Notes under the pieces: model-generated
The model's input: the letters and a program-made list of their open reading frames with translations, nothing else
Told to the model about the DNA's origin: nothing
Databases searched by the model: none
Shown here: positions 63,195-64,000 of the stretch, piece by piece
How the letters are laid out: each line of letters opens with the position of its first letter
How positions within the stretch are numbered: position 1 is the first letter of the stretch
Translations under genes and position numbers: made by a program
Source of the DNA: an uncultured bacterium
Lineage (GTDB): Bacteria > Bacteroidota > Ignavibacteria > UBA10030 > BY39
Reading direction: 5' to 3'
Length of the DNA: 64,000 bases
Assembly: GCA_937967455.1 (NCBI GenBank)
Contig: CALCJK010000018.1
Coordinates: forward strand, 70,293-134,292

Positions 63195-64000
63195 ATGATA
63201 GATTTTATTGTATCAATTTTTATTGTGCTTTTCGCTGTATCGGTAGTGATTGTTGCAAGAGTTATTATTAATAAGCGTAAGAGACTGTGCGAGTTAAAGA
63301 AAGAAGAAGAAAAGAAGGCACAAGAGGAGCAAAAGAAAAGATGTCAAGAAGAAAATCCTCTTAGGGAATTAGAAGAAGCCAAAGACAGCAAAGAGAAGGC
63401 AGATATAAAACAATTGGAGCCTGAGGAGAAAGAATTAGAGGTAGAATCAGAAGAGATCAAACAGGAAGAACAAGAAGAATGGCCGGAGCCAGTGAAAACG
63501 ACCCCACCCAATAAAAGAGGGGGAAGACCAAGAGGCAATACAGAACAGGGATCTTCAAGTGAGACATCTCCTGAGGAGAGACCACGCCATTTGAAGCCCG
63601 AAATCATTTGTTGGAATAAAAATCGGAACTGGATTGTTTGCATAGAGGTTCCTGAAGAGATTGTATCGCCACGAGTAACTCAAAATGATGAATTACTTGA
63701 GCAGGATACTTCCGATAATACCCGTTACCATCTTAAATACCTCGAGGGTAAAGTAAAAGTTTCTTGGAACAATGGGGAACAAGAGAAAGAAATCCGTATC
63801 CCTGTTACCGAAGAAGGCAGGAATTATCTTGTTTTCAAAATGCGAAAAGATTGGCATGGATTGGGGAGGCTGGTCAAATACCCGACAACCGGCTACTATC
63901 TAATAATTGTTCCAGAAGAATGGCAACGCGACGAAAAGGCGTCAGGCTCCGCTCCTGTAGTACCAGAAAATGTTCAAGTAAACGGATATAAAGCACATTT
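63195..64000 (+). CDS. Cassette-borne membrane-anchored hypothetical protein (partial; runs off the window end)
   Basis: MIDFIVSIFIVLFAVSVVIVARVIINKRKR, Glu/Lys-rich stalk, KRGGRPRG, then a globular region; open to 64000, so absent from the ORF track. Confidence 0.75.
   Translation, partial: MIDFIVSIFIVLFAVSVVIVARVIINKRKRLCELKKEEEKKAQEEQKKRCQEENPLRELEEAKDSKEKADIKQLEPEEKELEVESEEIKQEEQEEWPEPVKTTPPNKRGGRPRGNTEQGSSSETSPEERPRHLKPEIICWNKNRNWIVCIEVPEEIVSPRVTQNDELLEQDTSDNTRYHLKYLEGKVKVSWNNGEQEKEIRIPVTEEGRNYLVFKMRKDWHGLGRLVKYPTTGYYLIIVPEEWQRDEKASGSAPVVPENVQVNGYKAH

Larger units (their letters stand above)
54054..64000 (+). mobile_element. Integron-like gene cassette array without an intact integrase in the window (CALIN-like); left boundary approximate; continues past the window
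   Basis: Co-oriented 1-2 gene units bounded by GTTA.../...TAAC, four attC-like hairpins, unit-specific terminal inverted repeats, base composition differing between units. Confidence 0.85.

Noticed and set aside
298..63991. Many short antisense or alternate-frame ORFs in the supplied track
   Set aside because: They overlap well-supported genes and show no family motifs.
1..64000. tRNA or rRNA genes
   Set aside because: No cloverleaf or rRNA-like sequence recognised by eye; tRNAscan-SE would confirm.

Overview
AT-rich bacterial chromosome segment, most likely from the FCB group (Ignavibacteria-like), inferred from several proteins with QNYPNPFN-type T9SS C-terminal sorting domains. About 1-53.9 kb is mostly housekeeping genes: an archaeal-type thiolase/HMG-CoA synthase/DUF35 cluster, aspS, deoC, mltG, tsaD, the yceD-rpmF-plsX-fabH-fabD-fabG-acpP-fabF-rnc-gcvPB operon, rsmE, amino-acid transporters, panD, archease-rtcB and pta. 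T9SS-tailed genes are interspersed, including an octaheme cytochrome, two broken genes and two orphan tail relics. A Moco-type riboswitch with a visible terminator/antiterminator precedes a membrane-protein/NTPase fusion and a TonB-dependent receptor. From about 54 kb to the window end lies an integron-like cassette array with no intact integrase in view. Its cassettes carry their own 18-22 bp terminal inverted repeats with a conserved mismatch and are separated by atypical attC-like hairpins. Cargo is largely defence-like: a broken type IIG RM gene, a type II RM pair, a TIR + membrane protein pair and a PD-(D/E)XK-like orphan. All family calls come from motif recognition by eye; no database searches were run.
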